Assembly: GCA_951406725.2 (NCBI GenBank)
Contig: OX597816.1
Coordinates: forward strand, 140,554,001-140,618,000
Origin: Octopus vulgaris
Lineage: Eukaryota
Reading direction: 5' to 3'
DNA: 64,000 bases
Of this stretch, positions 1 to 12,502 are shown piece by piece. The number at the start of each line of letters is the position of its first letter. Positions within the stretch are counted from its first letter, which is position 1. The notes under the pieces are model-generated. The model ran no database searches and was not told the origin of the DNA. It saw only the letters and a list, made by a program, of their open reading frames with translations. Made by a program: the position numbers and the translations under genes.

Positions 1-204
1 AGCTAGAGTAACAAATGCTGCAGTACTAGAAAAGCTAGATCAAAGGCATTTCTTGTCGACAGTCAAGTCCACAAAGCTATTATAATTTAAAGATACACTG
101 TACCATGAGTCACTGTCCAAGACCATCTTGACAAGAAGTGCTGGGAAGAAGCGAGCAAGATGCCATCAAAGATTAAACTGAAAACAAGAGCTTGGCTGAT
201 TGTT

Positions 205-447
205 GTTTCCCAACCACATGGTTCCCGGTTCAGAGCCACTAAATTTGGTAGATGGAAACTGAAAGAAGTTTGTTGTATATATGTGTGTGTGTTGTCCAGT
301 AACTTAGCGGTTTGGCAAAAGAGACCAGTAGAATAAGCACGAGGCTTAAGATATAAGACTTGAGGTCGATTTGTTCGACTAAAAACCCTCAAGGCGGTGC
401 TCCAGCATGGCCACGATCAAGTGACGGAAACAAGAAACAAAAGAAAC
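205..447 (+). mobile_element. Deleted copy of the same SINE family
   Basis: ttcccaaccacatggttc, ggaaactgaaagaag, aacttagcgg, ggcggtgctccagcatggcc. Confidence 0.8.
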
Positions 448-2098
448 AGTACAAAACAAGGCAAAGAGAACTAGAGAATCTTGGCAAGCCGCCTCCAGAG
501 CACTGGGAAGGCACCTGATATATATCATCATCGTCGTCATTTAAAAAGTAAAAGGTAAAGCTTTGTAAAAGGTAAAGCTTTGTAAAAGCTTTGTTGAGTT
601 AAGTACTGGTTGTCACAAAAGTATTAAAATACATATATAATTTCTTTGATAATAATAAGAAAATGCTAAAAACAGTTTACAAGGAAATATCTGAGAAAAT
701 ATTAAACAAAACGTATTAGGAGTTCAATAAAAATCATGTTTATTTGGAAGTATCTATATACATACACAGAAAAAAATATAAGGAGTTCAATAAAAATCAT
801 GTTTGTTTGGTAGTATATATATATACAGAAGGAGATATATTTAGGAGTTTACAAAGAATTTGAGATGAACCAACCTGTTTTAGCATATTTTTATTTTGTG
901 TGAAGCTAAGGGTTGTTTACTATTTTAAGGGACAGTGTGGGAGGTTGGTTGGGGTGGGGGGAAGGAAGAGCAATGTGGAATTGAAAGGATTTTTTGTTTC
1001 TGGGCTAGTCTGTCATGGTTCAGTGGTTTTGGGGACTGTTCTTAGAGGTCAGAATGGTGTGAGTGTGTGTGTCTCTGTGTATATCTCTATGTGTGTGTAC
1101 ATATACATGTGTTTGTGTGTGGGGGCCATTTTTGATTGGTCCCAGAGTTTATTGTGGTGTGTGTATTATCAAAGAATATATATATATATGTATTTTAGTA
1201 GACACCGCAATAAATTGTTGTTGACAAACAACCGCAGAAATTGTATTCACCTCAATAGACGTCATTGATTGGTTGAAATTGCCGAAATGCAAGAAATAGC
1301 TTACAAACTACAGAATTTTCTCAAGAAAGCCAAGAGGAAAAGATGTTTTGTGTAACACATTCTACCAGTATACGAAATTTAAAAGTGTTTAGTTACAAAG
1401 AAATCATTTAAAAAATCTGCCGGTCAAAGTGAAAAGATCCAGACTTCCGCCCGTCCACCCCCATAAAAACCACCCTTTAAAAAAATTTTTTTTTTTTTCG
1501 GTTACGGGGAATACGAATCTGGCAAAAATTTGGCAAAAATCGGCATTTTAAAATTACTAACCCCACCACCATTTCCTTCATTTTTTCACTTTTTTCAGAA
1601 ATTTTTTTCTTCAAAATATGCGGAAAAATACGGAGATTTTTCTGAAAAAATTTCCAAAATTTTTATCAAATTATTTTTTAAGAATTTTTTTTTTTCTAAA
1701 TATGCGGAAAAATACGGACATTATGATTCGGACAAACATTTCAAAACATTTATGTAGTTACGGTTAAGGAAAAAAGTTAAAATTGAAGAATTAGGTTAGG
1801 AAAGGGGGGAAAAAATTTTACATTGCCGGTTTTTGGCAATTTTCCGGAACCTGACAAAAAAAAAAGTTTTTAAATAAACAAAATTTAGAGAAAATGGGGG
1901 GGGCGAAGTCTTTCCTATGCGTTTCCTACACATTTTTTTTACACCCGTTGCACCATTTTTTTCTGATTTTCGTTTTCAGGTCAAGTTGTAAACATTAACC
2001 AAATATTTTACTGGAAAAGATTCTTTTAAATCGGATTTAAAATTTTATTCCATCCAGATTAAAACTATTCAGTGCGGTATTAATGTTAAAGTACAAAC

Positions 2099-2182
2099 AT
2101 GGCTGAGGAAAGCAATGTTGTCGTCCCAAGGACGGCGACTGAATTACAGAAGATTAAACTTGAGAAATTGATGAAGCACCCT
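2099..2182 (+). CDS. PRKRIP1: PRKRIP1 coding exon 1 ([28 protein letters not shown])
   Basis: ATG in aaacATGG context; donor gtaagt at 2183; phase 0. Confidence 0.88.
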
Positions 2183-5100
2183 GTAAGTAATACCTGTAGT
2201 TAGATACTGTGCAATAGTCCATTTGTTGTTTTAGCTATGTAAAATATATTTTTTAAGTGATTTGTACCTTTTTACGAACGCTTCGATTAATGGTATGGAA
2301 GCGGAATTTTTAAAAATAACCCTATTTCGAATGGGTTCAGGTTTTATAGAAATTTACTTGTCGTGCAGACATAGTTTATGTACGAGAAGTAATGTCGCAA
2401 ATTTGCTTCTCTTTGGCCTAACGCCGTAGCTTCAACGTCATCATTTGATCTGCAAGAAATAATAGCTAAAATCCCTCAAACTATTCTCTACTATCTTAAA
2501 GAAAATATACATTGCTGTATCTGAATAAAATTATTGGAGAACCTTATCGTACTCTACTGATCAATTGAGTGTTGTCGGTGGGTTAAACCTGAAGAAAATC
2601 TCGTGAAACAATGCGGAATTGCAATGCTTTGTCGAAAACTGATAGAACTTAATACTGTCCCGTGTACTCCACCGCAATGATACCCAGCAATCAGTATCAT
2701 TGGCGTTGGAAGTGTTTCCTCCACAGACAAAAGAAGCCTTTCCCCAGATACTATTGCTCTGCTTGCAGTTTTTTTAATATTTATATATATATATATATCA
2801 GTCTGGAAGAAAGAGTTGCACCTGTTGTCTTTGTTGACCCTCCGACATGTGTAAGATCTGTGTGGTTGATATTCATGTTCATCTTAAATGCAAGTCACCG
2901 ACTACAGTAAAAATGTTCAGTTTTTTTAGAGATGACGACAATCATATTATTTATTGCAATGAATAACATATATTTAGGCTGTAAAAAATTAAAATGCAAA
3001 AGAACCTAAAGTAGCAACACTAAAATAAGAAAAACAAGTGTTAGGGACAATAGAGAAATTCGGAAACTTACTAAATGTATTTCTGTTAACCGGAAAAATA
3101 TATTTAAATTAACATTTTCAAATGCCATCTGTGTATCCTACTTAATGTAGATAAACCATTGATAGTTAGGGTGCTGTGACTTTTGTGTGACAAAATTTCT
3201 TCGTAGACGTGTTAAAACAATATATATCGAAGCTAGACGAATATCGTCCGAGCAGCGACTCAAGAAAACCCTTTTGTTACCATATTTCTGAGATACGTTC
3301 CCTTTGTTTCAGTTGATTTTGAAAATTACGAAGAATTTATTAAAATATTTTTTGTCATTAAGCTGGTGTTTGCGATATAATATTTTGACGGACTGTTTTA
3401 ATTTAAAAACAGTTTTTGCCATAAAAGTGGTTTCAAGCAGGTTGGTATCAAATGAGATAATAGTAAAAATAACATTTCGAGGGAACTAATAAAGGTCTAT
3501 GATGGCAAAAATTCTGTACCATGAAGTCCTTGCTGTTGAGTTTGTTTGTTTGCTTTGGAAGAGTATTGGACAAATTTTTATCCACTCCATTTGAAATGCT
3601 CATTTCATATAAGGGGGATTAACTCTGTTTGGAATGCCTGAAAGTTTATGTCACACACTTCTTTCTTTTAAATTTATCAAAAAATCAACCTTTTGAATAC
3701 CGTGTTTCCCCTTCACCCCATTATTAATGTGAGAATTGTTTTTTAATTAACCGGAGACATCATTGCACATTTAGAAAGACATTACAGGACTGAAAGGACT
3801 CTATCTTATCTTGTCAAAAGCATGACCGCATTTAGTGCTGACACCACGATAAAATTACACCCAGTCTCTCTGTAAAGTGGTTGGCGAATGAATGTTATGT
3901 CAGAAGGACCTTTCAATTTTGTCTCATCAAGAAAATAACTTCTTTTGTACTGATACTACTATGAATATAGAAACTATGCTAAAATGAAAATGGACTAGTG
4001 AGGAGTGGTCTCCAGACCACAAATGGTGAGCAGTAACTCTAAATAAGAACTAACTCAGTTTGTGATGATCTGTCCAACCCATTCCAGCATGTAAAGCAAA
4101 CGTAAAATTATGATCATATATGTAGGTACTCTGGCATTCAAGTTTGAGATACAGCAGAGAAATGTATAGAATATTAATGCTTTGATAAACTCTGATGGCT
4201 TAAAGAGTGATTCAAGACCCTAAATAAATGTTGCAGATATATTGAAACTGAAGTTGTATTAAAAGATAATAGAGGACAGGACCTATATGAGTTGTCTCTA
4301 TCTGTCATCAGAGGCAAATACAAATGTGGGTTGGTTATGAAATGATGTTTCTTAAAGTGAATAAGTGAAACCACATCAGCTGAAAAATGAAAATAGTTAA
4401 AGGGTTGGTTTGATGAGACTTTAATGTTGTGCTCTACCAACTAATCTCTTTATGAAAATCAAATATATATTTCAGGAAAAAGAAATAATTATTCCAGATT
4501 CTTCAAAGGAATGGGTACCAAAATTACCTCCAGAATTTATTAGAAACGTTTGGGGTGAGTTATATATTTGTTCATTTTTAATAAAGATAAAGAAAGTTAT
4601 AACTGTGACCACACAGCTATAGCTTCAAATCTTACAATTACAACATGTGTGGTCCCTATATCTGTCAGATGACAGTATATTCCATTCCAGTTTCATAGTC
4701 CAGGCAAGAAAGTATTTACTACTAAAACACAAATGCCTAAATTTGTTGAGAGGATAAAATCCTATTCTAATTGTGCTGAAGAAAAACGTAAAAAACTTTA
4801 CAGACCACAAATATAACTTATGCCAACAAGGCTACTACATATTTAATTATTGAACATGTTAGCAATGTTGTCAGTTTAACAGTGTTGATTCTCTGTCTTT
4901 TCTCATCTGTGCTATTTACTGAGATTTTGAAGATCCTACTAATTCACATCTTAGTCTTTACTGTAACTATCATCATGTTTTAATGCAATCACTCTCATTC
5001 AAAATGTTGAACCTGTTTGACCTTTATGTAATTGTCTCAAGGACTATAAAGGAAAGAAGATGAGGATAGATTGTCCATAAAAACCCACCTATATACTGCA

Positions 5101-8008
5101 AAGTTTCTGATGAGAGATACTTTATAGACTCAGCCTCCTACAAACAGTAGCTAATTTTCCTTCAAATTTTGTATCTTTCCCATTTAAAAAAAAAAATGTC
5201 TTTGAATCATGCAGATATATATTATAAAAATAAGATAGTGCTCATTATTTTTGTGACCATAGATCTGCTTAATCAAGCTAAACAACTACTAAACTCTCAC
5301 CAGCTTCGCTGCTATATATGATGTATGATAACTTTCATCCTTTGTATGGTTTTCTCATTGCAAGCCAGGCTACAAAGTTTGAGACCACAACAAAGGCATT
5401 CTCTAAGTTAAATTCAAAGTAGTGTCATTTGTTTTTAGTTAAGAGTGTGTCTTAGTTTTCTCACTGAGATTTAGATGAAAATTGCATTCCATCCAACCCA
5501 ATTTTTCTTGAATTAACTTAGGATATTTTCTACCATATTCTTCTGAAATACCTTTGGTGTAATCCAATTCTAATATGTGACATGATGTGTACAGGGTGCG
5601 ATAGGTAAATTGTTGCCATTTTATATTTTTAATTTTACACATGCGCATTGTTTGTTTTTGATTTTGTCAACTACACAATATAGTAGGGTCAGCTGGGCAC
5701 CATCTGTGAGAAAAACAGCACGATGACACAATTCACTCTGCCAGAAATTTGGAAACAACATGCATTCGAAGCTCCAATACAAGCATTTCAGAGTGTTTGG
5801 GTGTCAATTTGAGGACAGTGCAATCTAAGGACATATACTGAGAGTGATAAAAATCAAATGTCCAGTCAACATCATGGTGTTTGGAGTGATCACTAGTGAT
5901 GGCGACGTTATGCCTCCATTCATCTTCCCACACGGCCTCAGACTCAACACAGGAGAAGGTAGTGCTGCCCTAGGTCAAGAGGTTGGCTGCTGGAAAGCCC
6001 TATGTCTGGCAACAGGACAGCACCATGCCACACAAGCAGGAGAACCCAGTCTTGGTTGTCAGTCAATTTCTGTGACCACATCACTCCTAACGTCTGGCCA
6101 CCTAACTCCCCAGACTATAGCCCTCTTGATTATTATGTGCGGGGCACACTTGAGTGAGAGACCAACAAAACTCTTTGTAACATCAAAGATGAACTGAAGG
6201 CAAGGATTATGGCAGCATTCACCAACTTAAACAAGGAGACCATACATTGAAACCAATGGTGATTTTATTGAATAAATTTACTCTTTAGTATTTCAAGATA
6301 TTTTTATATAATTTTGGTAGATATAAAACAAAATGTCAGTATTATTTTCATTTTTGCATAATTTAAGCAACAGTATATATACAGTTATGGTCAAGTGGTT
6401 GGTGTCTGTTGATACATGAATCCATTTTCATTTCCTCAGTTACACATTTTTCTTACCCAAGGACTCTGTATAAGTGTTTGTGTCTATTTTCGTAAATACT
6501 TAGGTTCAAGTGCAGGTGCTGGCAGTGGTGATTTCCATGTATATCGTGGGGTACGTCGACGTGAGTATGCTCGTCAGAAGTTCATAAGTGAAAAGGCTGA
6601 CAAAGTGAGTTTCTTTCCTTTTTTTTTTTTTAAGTATTTGTTGATAATTGAAACATTTGTTGCAGAAATTTTGAGAATTTCAGCCAAATTTTAGCCACAT
6701 GAGTTGTACTATATCATAAAAAATAACATCATTCATTAACGCTGATCTTTAATTTTTTGATCTTTAATGGATGTGTGATGGTTTTGATCTTTAATGGATG
6801 TGTGATGGTTGTGAGGTCGGTTAAAGGCTAGTATAATGTGCATAGTAATTAGTCTTGTTAGAGGGGTCAACAACTAAGTTGTTGATGTAAAAGTGTATGG
6901 TAGATGAAATGAGCCTGGGAGTACATTAAAGTTGATAGGATGTGGGTCACAAAGACCTCCATATTCACATGCTCAATGGTGTGATCTGACAGGCAGTTTC
7001 TGGATCTTTCATAAACTAACAAAGAAATATTGACATTAATTAATCTGAGAAATATTGACAGTAAAAAGTGTATTTGATCCATTTGATGACATTATTTTTT
7101 TATACAGGATAATCTGGATGAGATTTATCATAAGAAGGTCTTGGAGAATCAGAAAGCTGCTGAGGAACGTACGAGTAAGAAAAGAGCTAAAAGGTAAATT
7201 ATTTGTGTGTGTGCATATATATATATGTATATGTGTGTATGTGACACGTAAAAAGCACCAACCAATTGTGGCCGTTGCCAGCTTCCCTTGGCACATAAAA
7301 AGCACCCACTACACTCATGGAGTGGTTGGTGTTAGGAAGGGCATCCAGCTGTAGAAACACTGCCAGATCAGACTGGAGCCTGGTGCAGCCTCCTGGCTCC
7401 CCAGACCCCGGTCAAACCATCCAACCCGTGCTAGCATGGAAAGCGGATGTTGAATGATGATGATGATGATGATGATGATATATATATGTGTGTATATGTT
7501 TGTGTGTCTTTATCCCCCCCCCCCCCCCAACATCGCTTGACAACCGATGCTGGTGTGTTTACATCCCCGTAACTTAGCAGTTCGGCAAAAGAGACCGATA
7601 GAATAAGTACTAGGCTTACAAAGAATAAGTCCTGGGGTCGATTTGCTCGACTAAAGGTGGTGCTCCAGCATGGCCACAGTCAAATGACTGAAACAAGTAA
7701 AAGAGTAAAGATATATATAAAGATGAGAATGTGTGTCTGTGTTAATCCCTAAAACTTGAGAACTACACAACCAATTTCATTCAAATTTTACACATGCCTT
7801 ACTTAGTGTCATAGGCTCCAAAAAAATTTTAACTTCTTGCCTAGTGCAAGCCCACAGCAATATCATATCTCCTTCACTACTTCAGCATTACGTGTCAAAA
7901 GGGAAACAATAACATCTCTCTATTGTAATGTCAGATATTTTCACTTAATTAGTTTCACTTCAATACTGAAACTATTAAAGTGAAACTACTATCTCACATA
8001 TATACAGG

Positions 8009-8044
<36 letters not shown>

Positions 8045-8084
8045 ATATCTATACTATTATTATTATATATATACATCTGTACAA

Positions 8085-8131
<47 letters not shown>

Positions 8132-10889
8132 GATGTACATGTAATATGTGCACATATATATATACACATATATATACATGTATACACCCATACACACACA
8201 GACATTGTGTGGTTATTTATAGATTGTAAATTTATTCTGTCTAGTTACCTATCGGTATAGTGGTCATTTGCAAACTCCACAGGTGACACTTTCATTTCCC
8301 CTTAGCCCTCACTTCACACAGTTGTTAATGTTTGAGTTGGGTCACGCCCTTCCAATTGCTATAGATCCCTAATGCATCTTACGGCTGTGCCTGTCACCTG
8401 TATGGTGAGGAATCCTACATTGGGGAGTAGTAACGACTAGGGTAGAGTAGTTGACTGATTATTGTGATCATTCATCTTTTGGTTTCCTTTGGCTTTGCTC
8501 TCTTTTACAAACCCAGTGAACATACATATATTTCCTATTTCAAAGAAATTTGAACAATACATATAAGACCCAAGTTAAAAAGATTCTCAACAATTCAACT
8601 TCTCTTGTTGACATGAAGACACCCACCCCCAATAGGGGCCTTAACTCCCACATTTTAGACCTCCCTGACCTCCATTTTTCAGGAGCAAAATCCTTTTAAC
8701 ACGTTCCATAAGACTGGAATTTTGGAATCTGTGCATAAAGATCTGTAGTATGGGATACATGTGTCATGATTAGAATTTTTTAGGGTGTGTAAAGAGGGAA
8801 AGAACACTTATCTGCAATTTTGATGAAAATCAAATCATAGGTATTCCAGTTCATTAGAGAAAATAAAACAGAAATGTCTAATTCTTCAATTGCCTGTAAC
8901 ATGAGCAACACTGGGGATCTCTGCTAGTATACACACACACACACACAGTGTGTGTGCATATGTAATTGCACAGTCTTTGAAATACTTTGTAGCAGGAATG
9001 TTCAGCAATCACATCACTACACCTGATGTTGTGATTCACTAGAATATTACCCACATGATCAGCAAAATCTGACCAATCACGACTTTGTGTGGAATTGGCT
9101 CCAGTGATGGTTTCATCTTTTAGAACACTTCCTTCTGAGCCTATCCATGTATAGCACATCCATCTCAAATATTTCTTATAAATTCTTCTTGTTCTCATTT
9201 TCTTTGTGTATCTCTACACAAGATCTATAGACTGTAAAGAACATTAAAACCTACAAAAGTTAGGTGTGTTTTTGGTAGGGATACAGTGCTACACTTTTGA
9301 CAAGATATGAACCATTTGTAAACTGATACTTTCATGTCCCACTTAGAACTTTGTATTAAAGATTTATTTATGATAACAATACTGAACTATTTCCTGTACA
9401 TGTTTCACATAAAGACATTAATCTATTATTTGTCATCTCAGATATATTGCTATTTGTATTTAAGTCCCTAGACTTTTCTCCATCTTCAGATTTAATTTAA
9501 TAACAATACTTACCGGGAAAAAGCATGATAGCCATCATTTCTCGTGGTCCCATTCCTCAAACAAAAACTCAGATTTTATGTCATGCTTTGTATTGTGTGC
9601 TTTATGTTTTTTTTAATATTCCATTTTTTTTTCTATCAGACAAAAGAAGAAAATGAAGAGGCTGGCTAAAAAGAAAAAGGTGCAGGAAAATAAATGTGAG
9701 CTTTTTACACTATTGTTTACACTTTTTTCATACCATACATCTCTTTTAGTACTATTGCTGAATCAATCCTACCAATCACTCCATCAATACTACAGCTGTT
9801 ATTGAGCAGACCTATGATCAAAGTCATGATGATCCTGTTTTTTTTTTATATTTAGCCTGAGTATGTCCAGTAGTACACACTGTGTTCCTTCATTTTGAAG
9901 ATAGTGGGGGTGTGATTCAGAAGAAATTTGGCTGCTCTTATCAAATAGAATGACCACATAGAGGATTCCTACTTGACTTGTCCATATTATGTACGTTTTC
10001 CTCAATTTGAGTTCAGTTATGTCACTGACTCCACATCTGATAGTGTCCTTCTGTCATTTACTTTAAGTTTCTGTTTTACAACCTTATTTTATTGGAAACC
10101 AATTATGGTTTCCTGTACAGACACCTCACAGTGTCAATAAAGTAGAGTACCAGTCATCATTAAACCTCTTTTGTTTAGCTGATTCAATCTTGTTTCAGAA
10201 GTGACATGACATTGACAAGCCACAACAGTGAAATACATATCTGTCACTCTCTTGGGATGATTTTGTTTCACGTAGCTATGAAGTACATTGTGGTTTTTAG
10301 CACAATAGGTTTATAAAGGGATTTTTCCCGGATGGAAAGCCGCAGTTTCTGGCTTTTCAATAGCAAATGTATGTTTGGTGTGTTATATAGAATAAGATTT
10401 TACTCTAAAGCTGCTTCTATTACATAATTTGAAGATATGTATGTATGTATGTATGTATCAACCTATATGTGTATATGCATACACACTTTATATGTATGTA
10501 TATATGTTATATGCTTGGATATGTACATATTATGTTTAGATATGAAAGTAATTTATTTTTTGTAATAAAAATGCTCATAACATTCTGCAACATTTACAAT
10601 ATACAACCTATTATTATTTTACCTCATTCATATCACCTTAAAATGCCAAGATACCCAATATCTCATAGTTTGATTCAGTAACCATTTTCTCCTGTTTTTT
10701 TTTCTTCTATTTTTTTTTTTTATTGTTTAATTGTCTTGTCTACAATTAGCTGATGAATTGAACTTGATCTGAGATCAAATCATTTATTTTTCAGCCAAAC
10801 AAGTTGGTTCTAATAAGGATACTTCTGAAAATAAAGATACTTCTGATGAAGATGACAGCGATCCTGACAACAGCTCTGAAGAAGATTAG
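2099..10889 (+). CDS. PRKRIP1: PRKR-interacting protein 1 homolog (spliceosomal C* factor), complete gene: join(2099-2182,4476-4554,6504-6604,7108-7193,9640-9695,10795-10889), 501 nt, 166 aa
   Basis: All introns are GT-AG and phase-consistent. The protein has the family motif [34 protein letters not shown], then a Lys/Arg-rich coiled coil ([15 protein letters not shown]) and an acidic tail. Confidence 0.93.
3269..3458. mobile_element. piggyBac-type MITE, related family, inverted and decayed
   Basis: cccttttgttaccatatttc start; body resembles the reverse complement of 35551-35770. Confidence 0.65.
4476..4554 (+). CDS. PRKRIP1: PRKRIP1 coding exon 2 ([26 protein letters not shown])
   Basis: Acceptor tttcag; donor gtgagt; phase 0-1. 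Confidence 0.92.
5592..6372 (+). mobile_element. Defective Tc1/mariner (maT-like) transposon
   Basis: Terminus ta|cagggtg; frameshifted transposase fragments [22 protein letters not shown] and [14 protein letters not shown]. Confidence 0.82.
6504..6604 (+). CDS. PRKRIP1: PRKRIP1 coding exon 3 ([34 protein letters not shown])
   Basis: Acceptor cttag; donor gtgagt; signature motif; lies inside track ORF 6416-6694. Confidence 0.95.
7108..7193 (+). CDS. PRKRIP1: PRKRIP1 coding exon 4 ([29 protein letters not shown])
   Basis: Acceptor ttttttatacag; donor gtaaat; phase 0-2. Confidence 0.92.
7243..7479 (+). mobile_element. RTE LINE 3' end fragment inserted in a TA/TG microsatellite
   Basis: aaaagcacccactacactc...gttaggaagggcatccagctgtagaaac...(GAT)n, matching 63010-63200. 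Confidence 0.88.
7500..7710 (+). mobile_element. 3' half of the same SINE family
   Basis: Near-identical to about 18750-18938. Confidence 0.85.
7711..8927 (+). mobile_element. Non-autonomous Helitron-like element
   Basis: atatatataaagatgagaatgtgtg 5' end; 3' end gagcaacactggggatctctgCTAG|t. Confidence 0.4.
9640..9695 (+). CDS. PRKRIP1: PRKRIP1 coding exon 5 ([18 protein letters not shown])
   Basis: Poly-T acceptor ctatcag; donor gtgagc; phase 2-1. Confidence 0.88.
10795..10889 (+). CDS. PRKRIP1: PRKRIP1 last coding exon ([31 protein letters not shown])
   Basis: Acceptor tttttcag; phase 1; acidic tail ends in TAG at 10887-10889. Confidence 0.85.
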
Positions 10890-10934
10890 CACAATTAAGA
10901 ATTCTCTAATTAGCCTGTAAATGATACTTTTGGT

Positions 10935-11296
10935 CATTTTCTTTTGTGGTTCCTTGTCGTTCTGCTTGGTTGGCTTCCCTGTGGTGCTCCACAAAAAAAC
11001 AACCAGGAACAACAAAAAAATTTTTTTTTAAACTTTAGTAATCTTCCACCCAGGTTCTAAAACCACAACTTTAAATCACCATACAAACACCAGTTGCCAA
11101 CATCACCTACCTCTAGTCCAATGAAATTTTGCAAACACCAGTTGCTGATGTCACCTAACTCCAGACCAATCAAAACCGAACTTCAGTAAATACAACGAAA
11201 TGGCCCTTTATGAAAACCAACCAACTGGAACGATTGATGACCGTCTCCACGGGGAAGCCAACAAAGCAGAACGACAAGCTTGACCACTGGAAAATG
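10935..11296. repeat. Inverted-repeat (MITE-like) element just downstream of the PRKRIP1 stop
   Basis: 10953-10984 matches the reverse complement of 11247-11278 at 30/32 positions; internal direct repeat at about 11085-11175. Confidence 0.7.
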
Positions 11297-11587
11297 TCAG
11301 TATTTTAATGAATCAAAAATCAGATCCGCTCGTGGAAAAAATTATAAATACATCTGATCCCAAAACATACCACTACAAGCAAAAGCATCTACGGAAAGAT
11401 GATCAGAGAAACTGTAAACCAAATTCTTTTTTTTTTTTACTATTTTCATTTCTCCCTTGTGTTTTTCCCTCTTAACTCAGTATGACTTGTCAATCACCAC
11501 TAACATTAATGAACTTTATACATTCAAACAAATTGATATACATTACTTACATTTGACAGATATTTGTCCTCATCTTGTTTGTTATTA

Positions 11588-11631
11588 ACACAACATTTCA
11601 GCTGATATACCCTCCAGCCTTCATCAGGTGT
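11588..11631 (-). ncRNA. Minimal type I hammerhead ribozyme motif (Penelope-type), slightly decayed
   Basis: Minus strand reads ACAC-CUGAUGA-A-GGCUG-gaggguauau-CAGCU-GAAA-UGUU-GUGU. The opposite arm preserves GAAACGUUGUGU. Confidence 0.7.
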
Positions 11632-11872
11632 CTTGGGGAAATTTTGAAACTGGGTTCTCATTCCTAAGGTATTTTTCGATGTTATTATTATTATTATTAT
11701 TATTACTCAGGTCATTGCCTGGAATCGAACTCGGAATCTTGGGGTTAGTAGCCCGCACTCTTAACCACTACACCATATGCCTGTGGGCAATTATAGAATG
11801 CATTTTAGGGTTTATAAATCTAATGGTTTCCTATCTTTTATAAGCCCTAAAATTCACTCCATAATTGCCCAC

Positions 11873-11946
11873 GGGCATATAGCATAGTGGTTAAAAGCAC
11901 GGGCTACTAACCCCAAGATTCCGAGTTCGATTCCAGGCAGTGACCT
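11873..11946 (+). repeat. tRNA-derived head (pseudo-tRNA) of the hammerhead element; mirror copy on the minus strand at about 11708-11782
   Basis: A box (tagcatagtgg; tggtgtagtgg in the mirror copy), anticodon-like arm ggg-ctactaa-ccc, B box gagttcgattcc; no proper acceptor stem. Confidence 0.8.
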
Positions 11947-12385
11947 GAATAATAATAATAATAATAATAATAACATCGAAAAATACCTTAGGAATGAGAA
12001 CCCAGGTTCGAAATTTCCTCAAGGCTAGAAGCTATATCAGCTGAAACGTTGTGTTAACAACAAACAAGATGAGGACAAATATCCGTCAAATGTAAATAAT
12101 GTAAATAATTCCTCATCTCTGAAATTTAGAAATTGATATACAGTTTTAATATTATTGACTGCTATGAACATTCAAAATTGCACCTGTTCTCCTAATTCAT
12201 TGAAACTTTTAAAGATGTTTTTCTTTAAACTTTTACATTTGATAGCCAAAAAATATTGTTGAAACTAGTTAGGTATATATGTAAATAAATATTTTAAACA
12301 ATTGAGTTTTTGAAATTTAGGTGCATTTTCAACAACACATTTCCCTGTATTTTTTCCTGAGTGGAAACAACCCCCCCCCTCTTGT

Positions 12386-12418
<33 letters not shown>

Positions 12419-12469
12419 GTACACATGCGTAGAACACTTTGACTCCTATTTATTTCCAACACACGTGTT

Positions 12470-12502
<33 letters not shown>

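Larger units (their letters stand above)
11543..12129. mobile_element. Palindromic tRNA-headed, hammerhead-containing Penelope-like non-autonomous element
   Basis: ~280-bp inverted arms (about 11541-11818 and 11837-12102); 13-bp TSD AAATTGATATACA at 11530-11542 and 12130-12142; tRNA-like A and B boxes; (AAT)n; hammerhead core. Confidence 0.8.

Noticed and set aside
1-165. Peptide-like RVTNAAVLEKL...HESLSKTIL at the window start
   Set aside because: Contains a stop and resembles a decayed LINE C-terminus; too short to classify and not a host exon.
1440-2050. Homopolymer-rich stretch with duplicated aaatatgcggaaaaatacgga, and ORF 1530-1757, upstream of PRKRIP1
   Set aside because: Looks like low-quality, unpolished consensus with inflated homopolymers; the ORF is Phe/Lys low-complexity. 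It needs read-level checking before any interpretation.
11873-11946. Apparent tRNA gene with ACT anticodon-like loop (also 11708-11782, 25948-26015, 38645-38716)
   Set aside because: No paired acceptor stem, and embedded in repeated elements; these are SINE-type heads rather than functional tRNAs.
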